Assembly (NCBI GenBank): GCA_964514585.1
Contig: CAZETU010000002.1
Location: forward strand, 139,687 to 203,686
DNA: 64,000 nt
Direction of reading: 5' to 3'
DNA from: Candidatus Woesearchaeota archaeon
GTDB lineage: Archaea > Nanobdellota > Nanobdellia > Pacearchaeales > GW2011-AR1
Position 1 is the stretch's first letter; each line of letters opens with the position of its first letter. The notes under the pieces were generated by a model. The model did not search any database. It was not told where the DNA came from and saw nothing but the letters and a program-made list of their open reading frames with translations. The position numbers were made by a program, and so were the translations under genes. Positions 29,063 to 37,789 of this stretch are shown one piece after another.

Positions 29063-29260
29063 TTAAGAATCTTCTTGTTCCAAGTTGCCAGGGCATAACC
29101 CTTGTTTCATTCGGCCACGATTCTTGGCGGGCTATTTTTTAAATATTGTTTTTGCTTTTTGTTTTGAAATTTGGATAAAGTTTGTGTAAAATTATCCCGT
29201 TTTTGTCTTAATTTGTTAAATTTTCCCTAAATTTAAATAGTGTAAATGTTGTTAATATTA

Positions 29261-29557
29261 ATGGGTGTTATATTGGGGACTAGGACATCGGGAGAAGGGA
29301 AAATTGTTTTTGAGGTTGAATTGGATTATGAGGAGTCTTTGAAATTGAAGGGGTGTGTTAGAAATGTTCATATTTTTTCTGAGGATGCACTTGATATTGA
29401 GACTCATTTGTCTCAAAGGGGGACTAATGAGGCGACAAAGTATTTTCTTATTCCTAGGAGTTTGAGGGATAGTTTGGATTTTAGTAAGAACGTGAAGTGT
29501 CAGGAAATTGATACGGATAAAAAGAAGATATTTGTTTTTGCTGTTGATAAGGTTTAG
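29261..29557 (+). CDS. Small hypothetical protein, possibly swapped-hairpin/AbrB-like
   Basis: RGTNEATKYFLIPRSLR resembles AbrB-type motifs. Confidence 0.55.
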   Translation: MGVILGTRTSGEGKIVFEVELDYEESLKLKGCVRNVHIFSEDALDIETHLSQRGTNEATKYFLIPRSLRDSLDFSKNVKCQEIDTDKKKIFVFAVDKV

Positions 29558-29599
29558 TGGATAGGAAATTTTTATAAAGTGTAATTTATTTATGGTGTA

Positions 29600-30442
29600 A
29601 TGAAAAAGGTGTTTGTGTGTTTGATTTTCTTGATGTTGGTTGGTGGTGTCTTGGCTATGGAAGATTCTATTCGGGTTAAGACCGAGGCTGGGAATTCTGT
29701 GAAGCTTTATGCATGGACTGCTGGGAGTGGTCCGCTTTTGACTTCTGATAATGGTGTTGCTGATGAAAATGGAATTGTTGAAAAAACGTTTTTTACTTTG
29801 ACCGTTCCGACTGCTAAGTTTCAGGTGATTGTTCTTAGCTCTTCGGGCAATAAAATTGCTGAGGGTAAGTTTGATAATTGGGCTACTTCTGATCCTATAG
29901 AGATTGATTGTACTTCTGGATATGATTGTACTATTTCTGTTTATACCGAGGAGGCTGCTGTGGCTAATGATTCTGTGATTGCAGATGAGAATGATAGTGC
30001 TGAAGAGAATTTGGAGGTTTTGGATTCTGTAAATTCAACATCTTCGAGTTTTGTTGAATTGTCTAAGGTTGGTGAATTTTTTAGTAAGAGAGTTTATTTT
30101 TATTGGGGCGTTGGTGTTTTGATTTTTTTGGTGATTGTGTTTTTGTTTTGGAAGAAAGGGTTTAGGGTTTCTGTGAATTCTGAGGAAAAAGAGTTGGAGG
30201 CGCTTGAACGGAAAATAAAGGAGCGGAAGGCTGAGATTGAGAGGGTTAGGAGTGCTAAGGATCGTAAGAAAAAGATTAGCGAGGCTAAGAGTAAATTGGC
30301 ATCTGAAGAAAAGGAATTGGCTGGGTTGAAGAAAGATAGAGTTAGTGAGGCTAAGAGTAAGTTAGCTTCTGAGGAGAAGGAGTTGAAAGAGTTAGAGGGG
30401 AAGAAAGAGAATGAGGAAGAGGACGAGCATAAGGAAGAGTAG
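29600..30442 (+). CDS. Exported surface protein with one TM helix and cytoplasmic coiled coil
   Basis: Signal peptide, TM FYWGVGVLIFLVIVFLFW, SEAKSKLASEEKEL twice. Confidence 0.75.
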   Translation: MKKVFVCLIFLMLVGGVLAMEDSIRVKTEAGNSVKLYAWTAGSGPLLTSDNGVADENGIVEKTFFTLTVPTAKFQVIVLSSSGNKIAEGKFDNWATSDPIEIDCTSGYDCTISVYTEEAAVANDSVIADENDSAEENLEVLDSVNSTSSSFVELSKVGEFFSKRVYFYWGVGVLIFLVIVFLFWKKGFRVSVNSEEKELEALERKIKERKAEIERVRSAKDRKKKISEAKSKLASEEKELAGLKKDRVSEAKSKLASEEKELKELEGKKENEEEDEHKEE

Positions 30443-30578
30443 GGAAAGGCTTATATAGTGACTTTTTGATTTGATTGTGTAATAGTTTAGAGTTAAGCTC
30501 TGGTAGAGTCCTTGGACGGTTGTCGTGGGGACTTAATCGTTCAAGATATTTCTTGACAAATTATAGAGAATAGATAAA

Positions 30579-31979
30579 ATGGAAAAGTTCGAAAAGTTAG
30601 GACTTTGCGAGCATGTGTTGAAAGTGATTTCGGCCAAGAAGTTCGAGAAGCCTAGTGAAATACAGGAGAAGACGATCCCTTTGATTATGGAAGGGAAAGA
30701 TGTTATTGCTGGCTCTGCTACGGGGTCTGGGAAGACGTTGGCGTTTGGGTCTGGGATGATTAAGAATATTGAGAAGACTGGGAAAATTAGGGGTCTTGTT
30801 TTGACACCGACTCGAGAATTAGCTGAGCAAGTGAGTGGAGCCCTGCATGAGTTTTCTTATCATAAGGATTTGGAAATTGTTTCGGTATACGGTGGGGTTT
30901 CGATGAGTAATCAGGTTAAGAAATTGGCTTATGCTGATATTGTTGTTGCGACGCCTGGTCGACTTTTGGATCATTTGAATCATAATTCTATTGATTTGTC
31001 TGGTGTGAATTTTTTGGTTTTGGATGAGGCTGACAGAATGTGGGATATGGGTTTTAAGGATGATGTCGCTAAGATTGTTCGGAAATGTCCTACGAATAGA
31101 CAGACGCTTTTGTTTTCGGCGACGATTTCTGGGGATTTGGCGGATTTTGCTGAGAAATATATGAAGGCTCCGGTTGAGATTTCGGTTGAGAATTATGTTG
31201 ATGCTAGTTTGTTGAAGCAGATTTATTATGATGTTCGGGATGATGAGAAGTTTTCGTTGTTGGTTCATTTGTTGAAGCATGAGGATTCTCATTTGGTTAT
31301 GATTTTTTGTAATACACGGAGGAATGTTGATTTTGTTGCTAAGAATTTGAATGAGAATGGCGTTGCTGCTCAGGCGATTCATGGTGGGATGGAGCAGAAT
31401 AAGCGGCAGAGAGTTTTGAAGGGTTTTGATAATTCGAAGGTGAATGTTTTGGTTTGTACTGATGTTGCGGCTCGGGGTCTTGATATTCAGGGGGTTAGCC
31501 ATGTTTATAATTATGATATTGCGGCGGATGCGAAGGATTATATTCATCGGATTGGTCGGACTGCTCGGGCTGGTGCTGAGGGTATTGCGATTAATATTTT
31601 GGCTAGTCGGGATTATGATAATTTTGCTAATATGCAAAGGCGTAATCAGGGGCTTGTTGTTGATAGGGTTATGACGCCGAAGTTTGAGAAGGTATACGTG
31701 AAGTTTGATGAGCGGAAAGGTCGAGGTTTGCATGGGCGAGCTGCTCGTGATTCTGGTAGAGGCAGGAGTGGTTCTGGGCCGCGTAGAGATTCTAAGGGAC
31801 CAAGTCGTGGACCTTCGAGTGGACCGAGGAGAAGTAGTTCTGGACCTGCGAGAAGTAGACCTGATGGGCGAGGTAGACAGGATAGAGGTGAGAGGAATAA
31901 GCGAAGTAGTTCAAGTTCTAAGGATGGGTTTAGAGGTGGTGGAAGAGACACTCGAAGGAGAGTTGAACGCCATGGATAG
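30579..31979 (+). CDS. DEAD-box RNA helicase with basic RS/RG-rich tail
   Basis: Q motif, ATGSGKT, PTRELA, DEAD, SAT, ARGLD, HRIGRTAR. Confidence 0.95.
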   Translation: MEKFEKLGLCEHVLKVISAKKFEKPSEIQEKTIPLIMEGKDVIAGSATGSGKTLAFGSGMIKNIEKTGKIRGLVLTPTRELAEQVSGALHEFSYHKDLEIVSVYGGVSMSNQVKKLAYADIVVATPGRLLDHLNHNSIDLSGVNFLVLDEADRMWDMGFKDDVAKIVRKCPTNRQTLLFSATISGDLADFAEKYMKAPVEISVENYVDASLLKQIYYDVRDDEKFSLLVHLLKHEDSHLVMIFCNTRRNVDFVAKNLNENGVAAQAIHGGMEQNKRQRVLKGFDNSKVNVLVCTDVAARGLDIQGVSHVYNYDIAADAKDYIHRIGRTARAGAEGIAINILASRDYDNFANMQRRNQGLVVDRVMTPKFEKVYVKFDERKGRGLHGRAARDSGRGRSGSGPRRDSKGPSRGPSSGPRRSSSGPARSRPDGRGRQDRGERNKRSSSSSKDGFRGGGRDTRRRVERHG

Positions 31980-32538
31980 GGAAGTAAATAATTATAGGGT
32001 TAGAGAAGGACTTTTGGAAAGGTCTGTTTCTAAAGTTAAAGGTTTTGGTAGGGCTGTTAAAGATGAGGTAACTTCGAAAGAATATTGGGTTGATACTTTG
32101 ACTGGTACTTCTTTTTGGGCGCCGATGATGACGGTTAATGAAAAAATTTTTCAGGGTTGGCTTTATGATGATCCTTCCAGTTGGGATGAAATTGGTGCTG
32201 CTCGTTTGACTGGTTTTGGGATTGCTCTTCTTGTTAGCAGACGTCTTACTAGGTTTAGGGACTATTGGAAGGAGAAGGTTTTCAAAGTGAACAAGGATAG
32301 TTCTAAGATAAGAGATGTCGCTGCGGATTTGAGTCTGGCGTTGACGTTGATTCCTGGGATTTATACTACTAGTCTTTTGTTGGCTGGCGAAAGTTGGAGT
32401 GAAGTTGGTCAAATGGTTCCTACTGGAAGCGCTATTCAGGTGGGGGTGGCAATGGTTTATGTACGGTATTTGAATGCGTCTAGGCGATTTTTTGGGACGA
32501 CTCCGGATTATCTTTTGAATGAAAATGGGAAAGTTTAA
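31972..32538 (+). CDS. Putative membrane protein
   Basis: Start at ATG 31972 overlapping the helicase stop; several hydrophobic segments. Confidence 0.65.
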   Translation: MDREVNNYRVREGLLERSVSKVKGFGRAVKDEVTSKEYWVDTLTGTSFWAPMMTVNEKIFQGWLYDDPSSWDEIGAARLTGFGIALLVSRRLTRFRDYWKEKVFKVNKDSSKIRDVAADLSLALTLIPGIYTTSLLLAGESWSEVGQMVPTGSAIQVGVAMVYVRYLNASRRFFGTTPDYLLNENGKV

Positions 32539-32562
32539 ATTTTAGTTTGTTGTTGGATTTTT

Positions 32563-33060
32563 ATGGTTAAGATAATTATTGTTGATGAGGATGATAATGA
32601 AATTGGTTTGAAGGAGAGAGGGACTTTGGATGATTCTGATATTTATCGGGTTTCGTCTTTGTGGATTGAGAATTCTAATGACGATATTCTTTTAGCACAA
32701 AGAAGTTTCTCAAAAAAGAAACATCCTGGAAAGTGGGGGCCGGCTGTTGCTGGGACTGTTGATGAGGGTGAGAGTTATGAGGATAATATAATCAAGGAAG
32801 CTGAGGAGGAAATAGGTTTGAAGGATGTTGAGTTTGTGAAGGGTCGAAAGGTAAGGGTTAGAGGAAAATATAATTATTTTAGGCAAATGTTTTTGTTTAC
32901 TACGGATATGAGTATCGATGAATTTGTTATTCAGGAGAATGAGGTTGAGAAAATTAGGTGGTTTAGTCGGGAGAAATTAAAGAAAGAGTTTGAGAAAAAT
33001 CCAGATAGTTTTATTGATGTGGTTGGGGAGCTTTTGAAAGATTCTACTGAATCACAATAA
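32563..33060 (+). CDS. NUDIX hydrolase (IPP isomerase type 1-like)
   Basis: LLAQRS..K..HPGKW..AVAGTVDEGESY..IIKEAEEEIG. Confidence 0.85.
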   Translation: MVKIIIVDEDDNEIGLKERGTLDDSDIYRVSSLWIENSNDDILLAQRSFSKKKHPGKWGPAVAGTVDEGESYEDNIIKEAEEEIGLKDVEFVKGRKVRVRGKYNYFRQMFLFTTDMSIDEFVIQENEVEKIRWFSREKLKKEFEKNPDSFIDVVGELLKDSTESQ

Positions 33061-33091
33061 TTCTTATAAAGATTTTTGGGCGTTTTTTGGG

Positions 33092-34810
33092 ATGAAGAAA
33101 GAGTTGATGAGGTTTGTGTTGGATAATGACTTAAGTCCGTTTAGTTCTGGAAAGAGTTTATTGAAGACAAAGGGTAATTCGATTTTTAAGACGCGGGATG
33201 CTAAGGCGATTCATACAAAAGTTTTGGGGAAGATTTCTTCGAAGGTTGTTTTTAGTGAGACTAGTAATCTTTGGAATTATTTCAATTTTACTTCTGATTT
33301 TGGCGAAATTAAAAAGAGGCAGGAATTTTTTGGGAGTTTGATTAAGGGAGAAAATAGTTTTTTGAAAGAGTTGGAAAAGCCTAGGCGGACTTGGAAACCG
33401 CGTTATGATATCGTTGCTGTGACTGAGGATGAGTCGACTTTTGTACAGTTGAATGAGTTGGGGTGTAGTGTTCAGTTGTTGGTTTCGCAGAATGATGTTT
33501 TGGACTTGGAGCGGTATGATATTATTCAGGTTGTGGATTGTAGCGATTTTCGGATTTTGTTGGAGCGGTTGCCGCAGACGGTTTTTATTGATTCAGTTGA
33601 GAATGTTTATCTTGAGAGGTTTTTGGAGGAGTTATCTGGGTGGCGGGATAATTATCATGTGTTGAGGCAGGGTGGAGTTTCCGAGGCTGTTAAGAGATTT
33701 TTAGATGAGTTGGGGCCGATGTTTGATTTGTTGGATAATAAGGAGGGTAAGGTAATTAGTGAGAGTGAGGTTGAGCGGGTTTTGGAGGAGATTAACGAAA
33801 AGGTTTCGGAGAAGGTTAAGGAAATGACTATTTCTGGTGAGGGGTTGATGAAAATGTTGGCTGAGGGGAAGATGCCGTTGGCGATTTTGGAAGTTGTTCA
33901 GGGGGCGATTGAGGCGAGTGGCCTCAATGAGCATATTTTTAATTTGCAAGTTCCGGTGACGATTGATTATAAGGAGTTGGAGGATCAGATTAAGAGGCAG
34001 AGCGCTTCGGAGTTTACGGATTTGGCTGAGAGAGTGAAGCGGAGTAGCGAAAAATTGAAAGGTATACCTATTATTTTGAGTCGGCTTTCGGCTTTACTTT
34101 TGGTTGAAGATTTTTGTTTGGGGGTTAGTCAATATATCTCGGATGGGATGAAATTCCCTAGTGGGAGTGAGAATTTACATATGAGTGGGGCGCGGAATAT
34201 GTTTCTTTCTAAGGCGCAGCCGATAAGTTTTCAGTTAGATAATTTTAGTCGGTGTTCGATTTTGACGGGGGCGAATAGTGGGGGGAAGACGACGCTTTTG
34301 GAGCATGTGTTGCAGAATATTACTTTGTTTCAGATGGGGTTGCCCGTGAGTGGGGAGGTTCATATGCCGATTTTTTCTGATGTTTATTATTTTGCTAAGA
34401 CTAAAGGGAGTGCTTCGAAGGGGGCGTTTGAAACTTTGTTGTCGCAGATGTCGAATATTAAACCTGGTGTTAGAAGTTTAGTTTTGGCGGATGAGATTGA
34501 GGCTGTGACTGAGCCTGGTGTTGCTGGAAAGATAATTTCAGCGACGGCGGATTATTTTATTAAGAAGAATTGTTTTATGATTTTGGCGACGCATTTGGGT
34601 TATGAGATTCAGAAAACTTTGCCTGAGGGTGCGCGGATTGATGGGATTGAGGCGAAGGGGCTGGATGAAGGGTTTAATTTGATAGTTGACCATAATCCAG
34701 TTTTGGGGAGGCTTGCTCATTCGACTCCGGAATTGATTGTTGAGAGGATGGCGAGTGTTGAGAGCGGGAGTGATTATTTTAAGCATTTGAATGAGAGTTT
34801 GAAGAAGTGA
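33092..34810 (+). CDS. MutS-family ATPase lacking the mismatch-binding domain (archaeal MutS5-like)
   Basis: LTGANSGGKTT, LVLADEIE, ILATH. Confidence 0.85.
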   Translation: MKKELMRFVLDNDLSPFSSGKSLLKTKGNSIFKTRDAKAIHTKVLGKISSKVVFSETSNLWNYFNFTSDFGEIKKRQEFFGSLIKGENSFLKELEKPRRTWKPRYDIVAVTEDESTFVQLNELGCSVQLLVSQNDVLDLERYDIIQVVDCSDFRILLERLPQTVFIDSVENVYLERFLEELSGWRDNYHVLRQGGVSEAVKRFLDELGPMFDLLDNKEGKVISESEVERVLEEINEKVSEKVKEMTISGEGLMKMLAEGKMPLAILEVVQGAIEASGLNEHIFNLQVPVTIDYKELEDQIKRQSASEFTDLAERVKRSSEKLKGIPIILSRLSALLLVEDFCLGVSQYISDGMKFPSGSENLHMSGARNMFLSKAQPISFQLDNFSRCSILTGANSGGKTTLLEHVLQNITLFQMGLPVSGEVHMPIFSDVYYFAKTKGSASKGAFETLLSQMSNIKPGVRSLVLADEIEAVTEPGVAGKIISATADYFIKKNCFMILATHLGYEIQKTLPEGARIDGIEAKGLDEGFNLIVDHNPVLGRLAHSTPELIVERMASVESGSDYFKHLNESLKK

Positions 34811-34856
34811 TATGTATCGCTATAAAGCTATTATTGCTATTTTGAATTAGTATTTT

Positions 34857-35492
34857 ATGAATTTGCAGGAATATTTTTATGATCATTATGATAGCTTGAT
34901 GCCTAAGATGTGTGACGGTTATGAGAGTTTTTTGGATGTTGCTGCTGGGGTGGTTCCGAGTGGAGTTCGAAGTGTTGCGGAGTTTGGGATTGGTACGGGG
35001 AATCTTAGTCAAAGGATCCAGGGCAGAATTCCTGGGATTGAAATTTATGGGGTTGATAAAAACGAAAAGACTTTGGCGATTTCTGCCTCAAAGCTTTCAA
35101 ATTTTCATCCTTATTGTAGAGATTTTTTTGATGGTGATTTTCCGCCTGCTGATTGTTTTGTTACTTCTCTTGCAATGCATCATTTGTCGACGGGCAATAG
35201 GAGAAGTCAGTTATTATCTCTTGCTGAATCTTCTAATGTGTTTGTTAATTTTGATTTTGCTTTGTTTGACGGGAGGACATATGATGATGTTATAGTTTCT
35301 TCCATGAGACATTGTGCTAAAAGTTTTGGGACTGAACAGCTTGCTTTGATTGAGAGAGAGATGAGGGCTAATGATAATTATATGTCTTTAGCTGAGCAGG
35401 TTGAATTATTTGAGTCTGGTGGTTTTGAATTTAGAATTCATGAAGTTAGAGATCCTTTTATTGTTTATAGTGTTGTTTCTAAAAATTCTTGA
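34857..35492 (+). CDS. Class I SAM-dependent methyltransferase
   Basis: VAEFGIGTG, YGVD, TSLAMHHL. Confidence 0.85.
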   Translation: MNLQEYFYDHYDSLMPKMCDGYESFLDVAAGVVPSGVRSVAEFGIGTGNLSQRIQGRIPGIEIYGVDKNEKTLAISASKLSNFHPYCRDFFDGDFPPADCFVTSLAMHHLSTGNRRSQLLSLAESSNVFVNFDFALFDGRTYDDVIVSSMRHCAKSFGTEQLALIEREMRANDNYMSLAEQVELFESGGFEFRIHEVRDPFIVYSVVSKNS

Positions 35493-36187
35493 TTGTTTCT
35501 TATTATTTGAATAATTTCTTCTGGGTTTTTTATTAAAACGTTATGGTCGCCTTTGACGAATATTAATTTAAATTTTTTTATATAGTTTATTTCTTTTGAA
35601 ATGTATTCTTTGTTAATTAATTTTTCTTCTTCTGATAAGATATAAAGTATCGGGATTTCTATGTTGTGGATTTTTTCTGGTTTTAAATTACGATATTCTT
35701 CGAAATGGTTTTTTATTGCTTCAATATTTGTTGTTTTTAATCCTATTCCGCTGATTTGATTGGAATCTAAATCTTTGAAGTTGTTGTAGTCTATTTCTTT
35801 TTGTTCTTCAAATATTTTTTTTGACATGTCTTCCATTGTTTTTCCCATAGCTTCCCAATCTATATCTGGGTTCGTTTCTTTTGGGTTTGACAAAGGGGAA
35901 TTTAGCATTATTATTGATTTTACGTTTTTACTTTCGATTGCATATTCAGTTGCGAGTGTTCCTCCGAATGAATTTCCGAATATGATTGGGTCGATGAGGT
36001 TTCTTTTTTTTATTTCTCTTCTTAGAAATTCTAATGGGTTTTCTATTTTCGTGTTTATTCCATGTCCTGGCAAGTCTAAAGAGAGAGTTTGAAAGTTACT
36101 TTCTTCCAATTTTCTTCCAATTTTCTTAAAGATACTTTTGTTTTGAAAATCTCCATGTAAGAAAATTATTGTTTTTGGATTTTCCAT
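35465..36187 (-). CDS. Alpha/beta hydrolase
   Basis: FLHG, DLPGHG, GNSFGG nucleophile elbow, GDH. Confidence 0.9.
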   Translation of the reverse strand: MENPKTIIFLHGDFQNKSIFKKIGRKLEESNFQTLSLDLPGHGINTKIENPLEFLRREIKKRNLIDPIIFGNSFGGTLATEYAIESKNVKSIIMLNSPLSNPKETNPDIDWEAMGKTMEDMSKKIFEEQKEIDYNNFKDLDSNQISGIGLKTTNIEAIKNHFEEYRNLKPEKIHNIEIPILYILSEEEKLINKEYISKEINYIKKFKLIFVKGDHNVLIKNPEEIIQIIRNNQEFLETTL

Positions 36188-36293
36188 ATTAACTAATCAC
36201 TTTTACCAATATAAGCTTTTTGTTTAATGCCGGTATTTCTCTCTTGTTATTTTTATGGGAAACTCTTTAAAACGCAATAAGCTTTTATTCGTC

Positions 36294-36944
36294 ATGTGGG
36301 TTGCTAAGGTTCGTTTCGATGGTAGTACTTCTTTGTTTGGGAAGAATGCTAAAAAATATTCTGTTTCGTTGTCAGGATATCCAGTTTCTTATTATAAATT
36401 TAGGGATCATATTCGAGTTTGTTTTGCTGGTTGTCTTTATGGGGGGGAAAGAAATAAGAAAGCTATGGAAAAGGCGCTGCGTAAGAGTTCTAGGATTTTT
36501 AATTTGGAGATAACTAATGATTTTATTTTAGGTGAGATTAGAGAGTCTTTGGAGTTTGATGCTGTTTATGAGTATAAATTAATTCATGTTGATCCAATTG
36601 TTGTTACTGAGGACGGTATTGAGTATTGGACATTGGGTAGTTGGAATAAAGATAATCTTCTTAATTTTCTTAATCTTGTTGAGAGAAAGTGTGATATTGA
36701 GTTGTTGGGAATTTTTCAGCGTAATATAGATAATTTTTCCATTTTATCTATTCAGCCAAGTTTGACTGATAAGCAAAAGCTTGCTATGGATCTTGCGATA
36801 AAGCATGGATATTATGAATATCCTAGGAAATGCTCTGTCGAAATACTTGCGAGAATCTCGAAAATTTCTTTTTCTACTTTTCATGCTCATCTTAGAAAGG
36901 CTGAACAGAAGCTTTTGCCGTCGCTGTTTAGGAGGACGAAGTAG
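36294..36944 (+). CDS. Bat-type (HTH_10) transcriptional regulator
   Basis: LTDKQKLAMDLAIKHGYYEYPRK...HLRKAEQKL. Confidence 0.9.
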   Translation: MWVAKVRFDGSTSLFGKNAKKYSVSLSGYPVSYYKFRDHIRVCFAGCLYGGERNKKAMEKALRKSSRIFNLEITNDFILGEIRESLEFDAVYEYKLIHVDPIVVTEDGIEYWTLGSWNKDNLLNFLNLVERKCDIELLGIFQRNIDNFSILSIQPSLTDKQKLAMDLAIKHGYYEYPRKCSVEILARISKISFSTFHAHLRKAEQKLLPSLFRRTK

Positions 36945-37039
36945 TTTTTGGTGGGATACATATCGTTTATTGTCCTAGATATATATCGCCTGAAGTCTTA
37001 TATAATTTTGTATTTGTTATCTAATTTAGGTGATAACAA

Positions 37040-37495
37040 ATGGACGAAGCTTTAGATTTTTTGCAAAGAATGTATCTTCCGGGATATATGGTAGTTGAGG
37101 ATTGTACTTGTTCTTCGGGGTCTGCTCGTTTTACTGCTAGGCCTGTTGAGCCTCAGGTTACGGCTCTTTCTGATGAATATCTTACTCCTCGAGGAGGTCA
37201 TATTATTTTGTCTCAAATGTTATACTTGGCTTTTCAGGATATGATGGTTGGAGAAGGTCGTCGTGATAATGGAGTTCTTGAAAATTTGGGATTTGCCGGA
37301 CAGTTAGTTTTGACTGGTTTAAATTATAGGTTTAAGAAAAAAATACCTCTTGATGAAAATATTCCTGGAGAAATAAGATTGACTCGATTTCGTCCGGGTA
37401 GCCATCCTGTATTTTATTATGATTTTGATCTTGCGAATGGTTCAGTAGTGGGGAGTACTAGGGGGATGGTGGCACCTCTAAGATCTGAGGGCTAA
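37040..37495 (+). CDS. Possible hot-dog-fold protein (FcoT/thioesterase-like)
   Basis: Helix YLTPRGGHIILSQMLY followed by strands LNYRFKKKI and GEIRLTRF; weak similarity. Confidence 0.4.
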   Translation: MDEALDFLQRMYLPGYMVVEDCTCSSGSARFTARPVEPQVTALSDEYLTPRGGHIILSQMLYLAFQDMMVGEGRRDNGVLENLGFAGQLVLTGLNYRFKKKIPLDENIPGEIRLTRFRPGSHPVFYYDFDLANGSVVGSTRGMVAPLRSEG

Positions 37496-37565
37496 CTATA
37501 CAATTTGCCGAATAGGGGATATATATCGCCTGAAGCTATATCTATCTTAGTTTCTACTGTATTGC

Positions 37566-37748
37566 ATGGGAGATAAGGGTGTTATTGAGGAGCTTGGGAA
37601 TTCTATTGACGGCTTGATGCATCTTGTTGATTTTGGGGTTAAGTTTTCAGCAAAGGAATTTTCTTTGTTGGTTAGTTGTTTTGAATGTCTTGATCGTCGT
37701 GTTCTTGGGAGCATTGAGTTTAATGGGTTGTTGGATGTAAGGGGTTGA
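37566..37748 (+). CDS. Small hypothetical protein
   Basis: 60-aa ORF with host codon bias. Confidence 0.4.
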   Translation: MGDKGVIEELGNSIDGLMHLVDFGVKFSAKEFSLLVSCFECLDRRVLGSIEFNGLLDVRG

Positions 37749-37789
37749 TTTTTGACAACCTTTATAAAATTCTTTGTTATGTTATTTTA

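Noticed and set aside
30279-30390. SEAKSKLASEEKEL duplication as a DNA repeat element
   Set aside because: It is an in-frame coiled-coil duplication with synonymous divergence, which is ordinary protein evolution.
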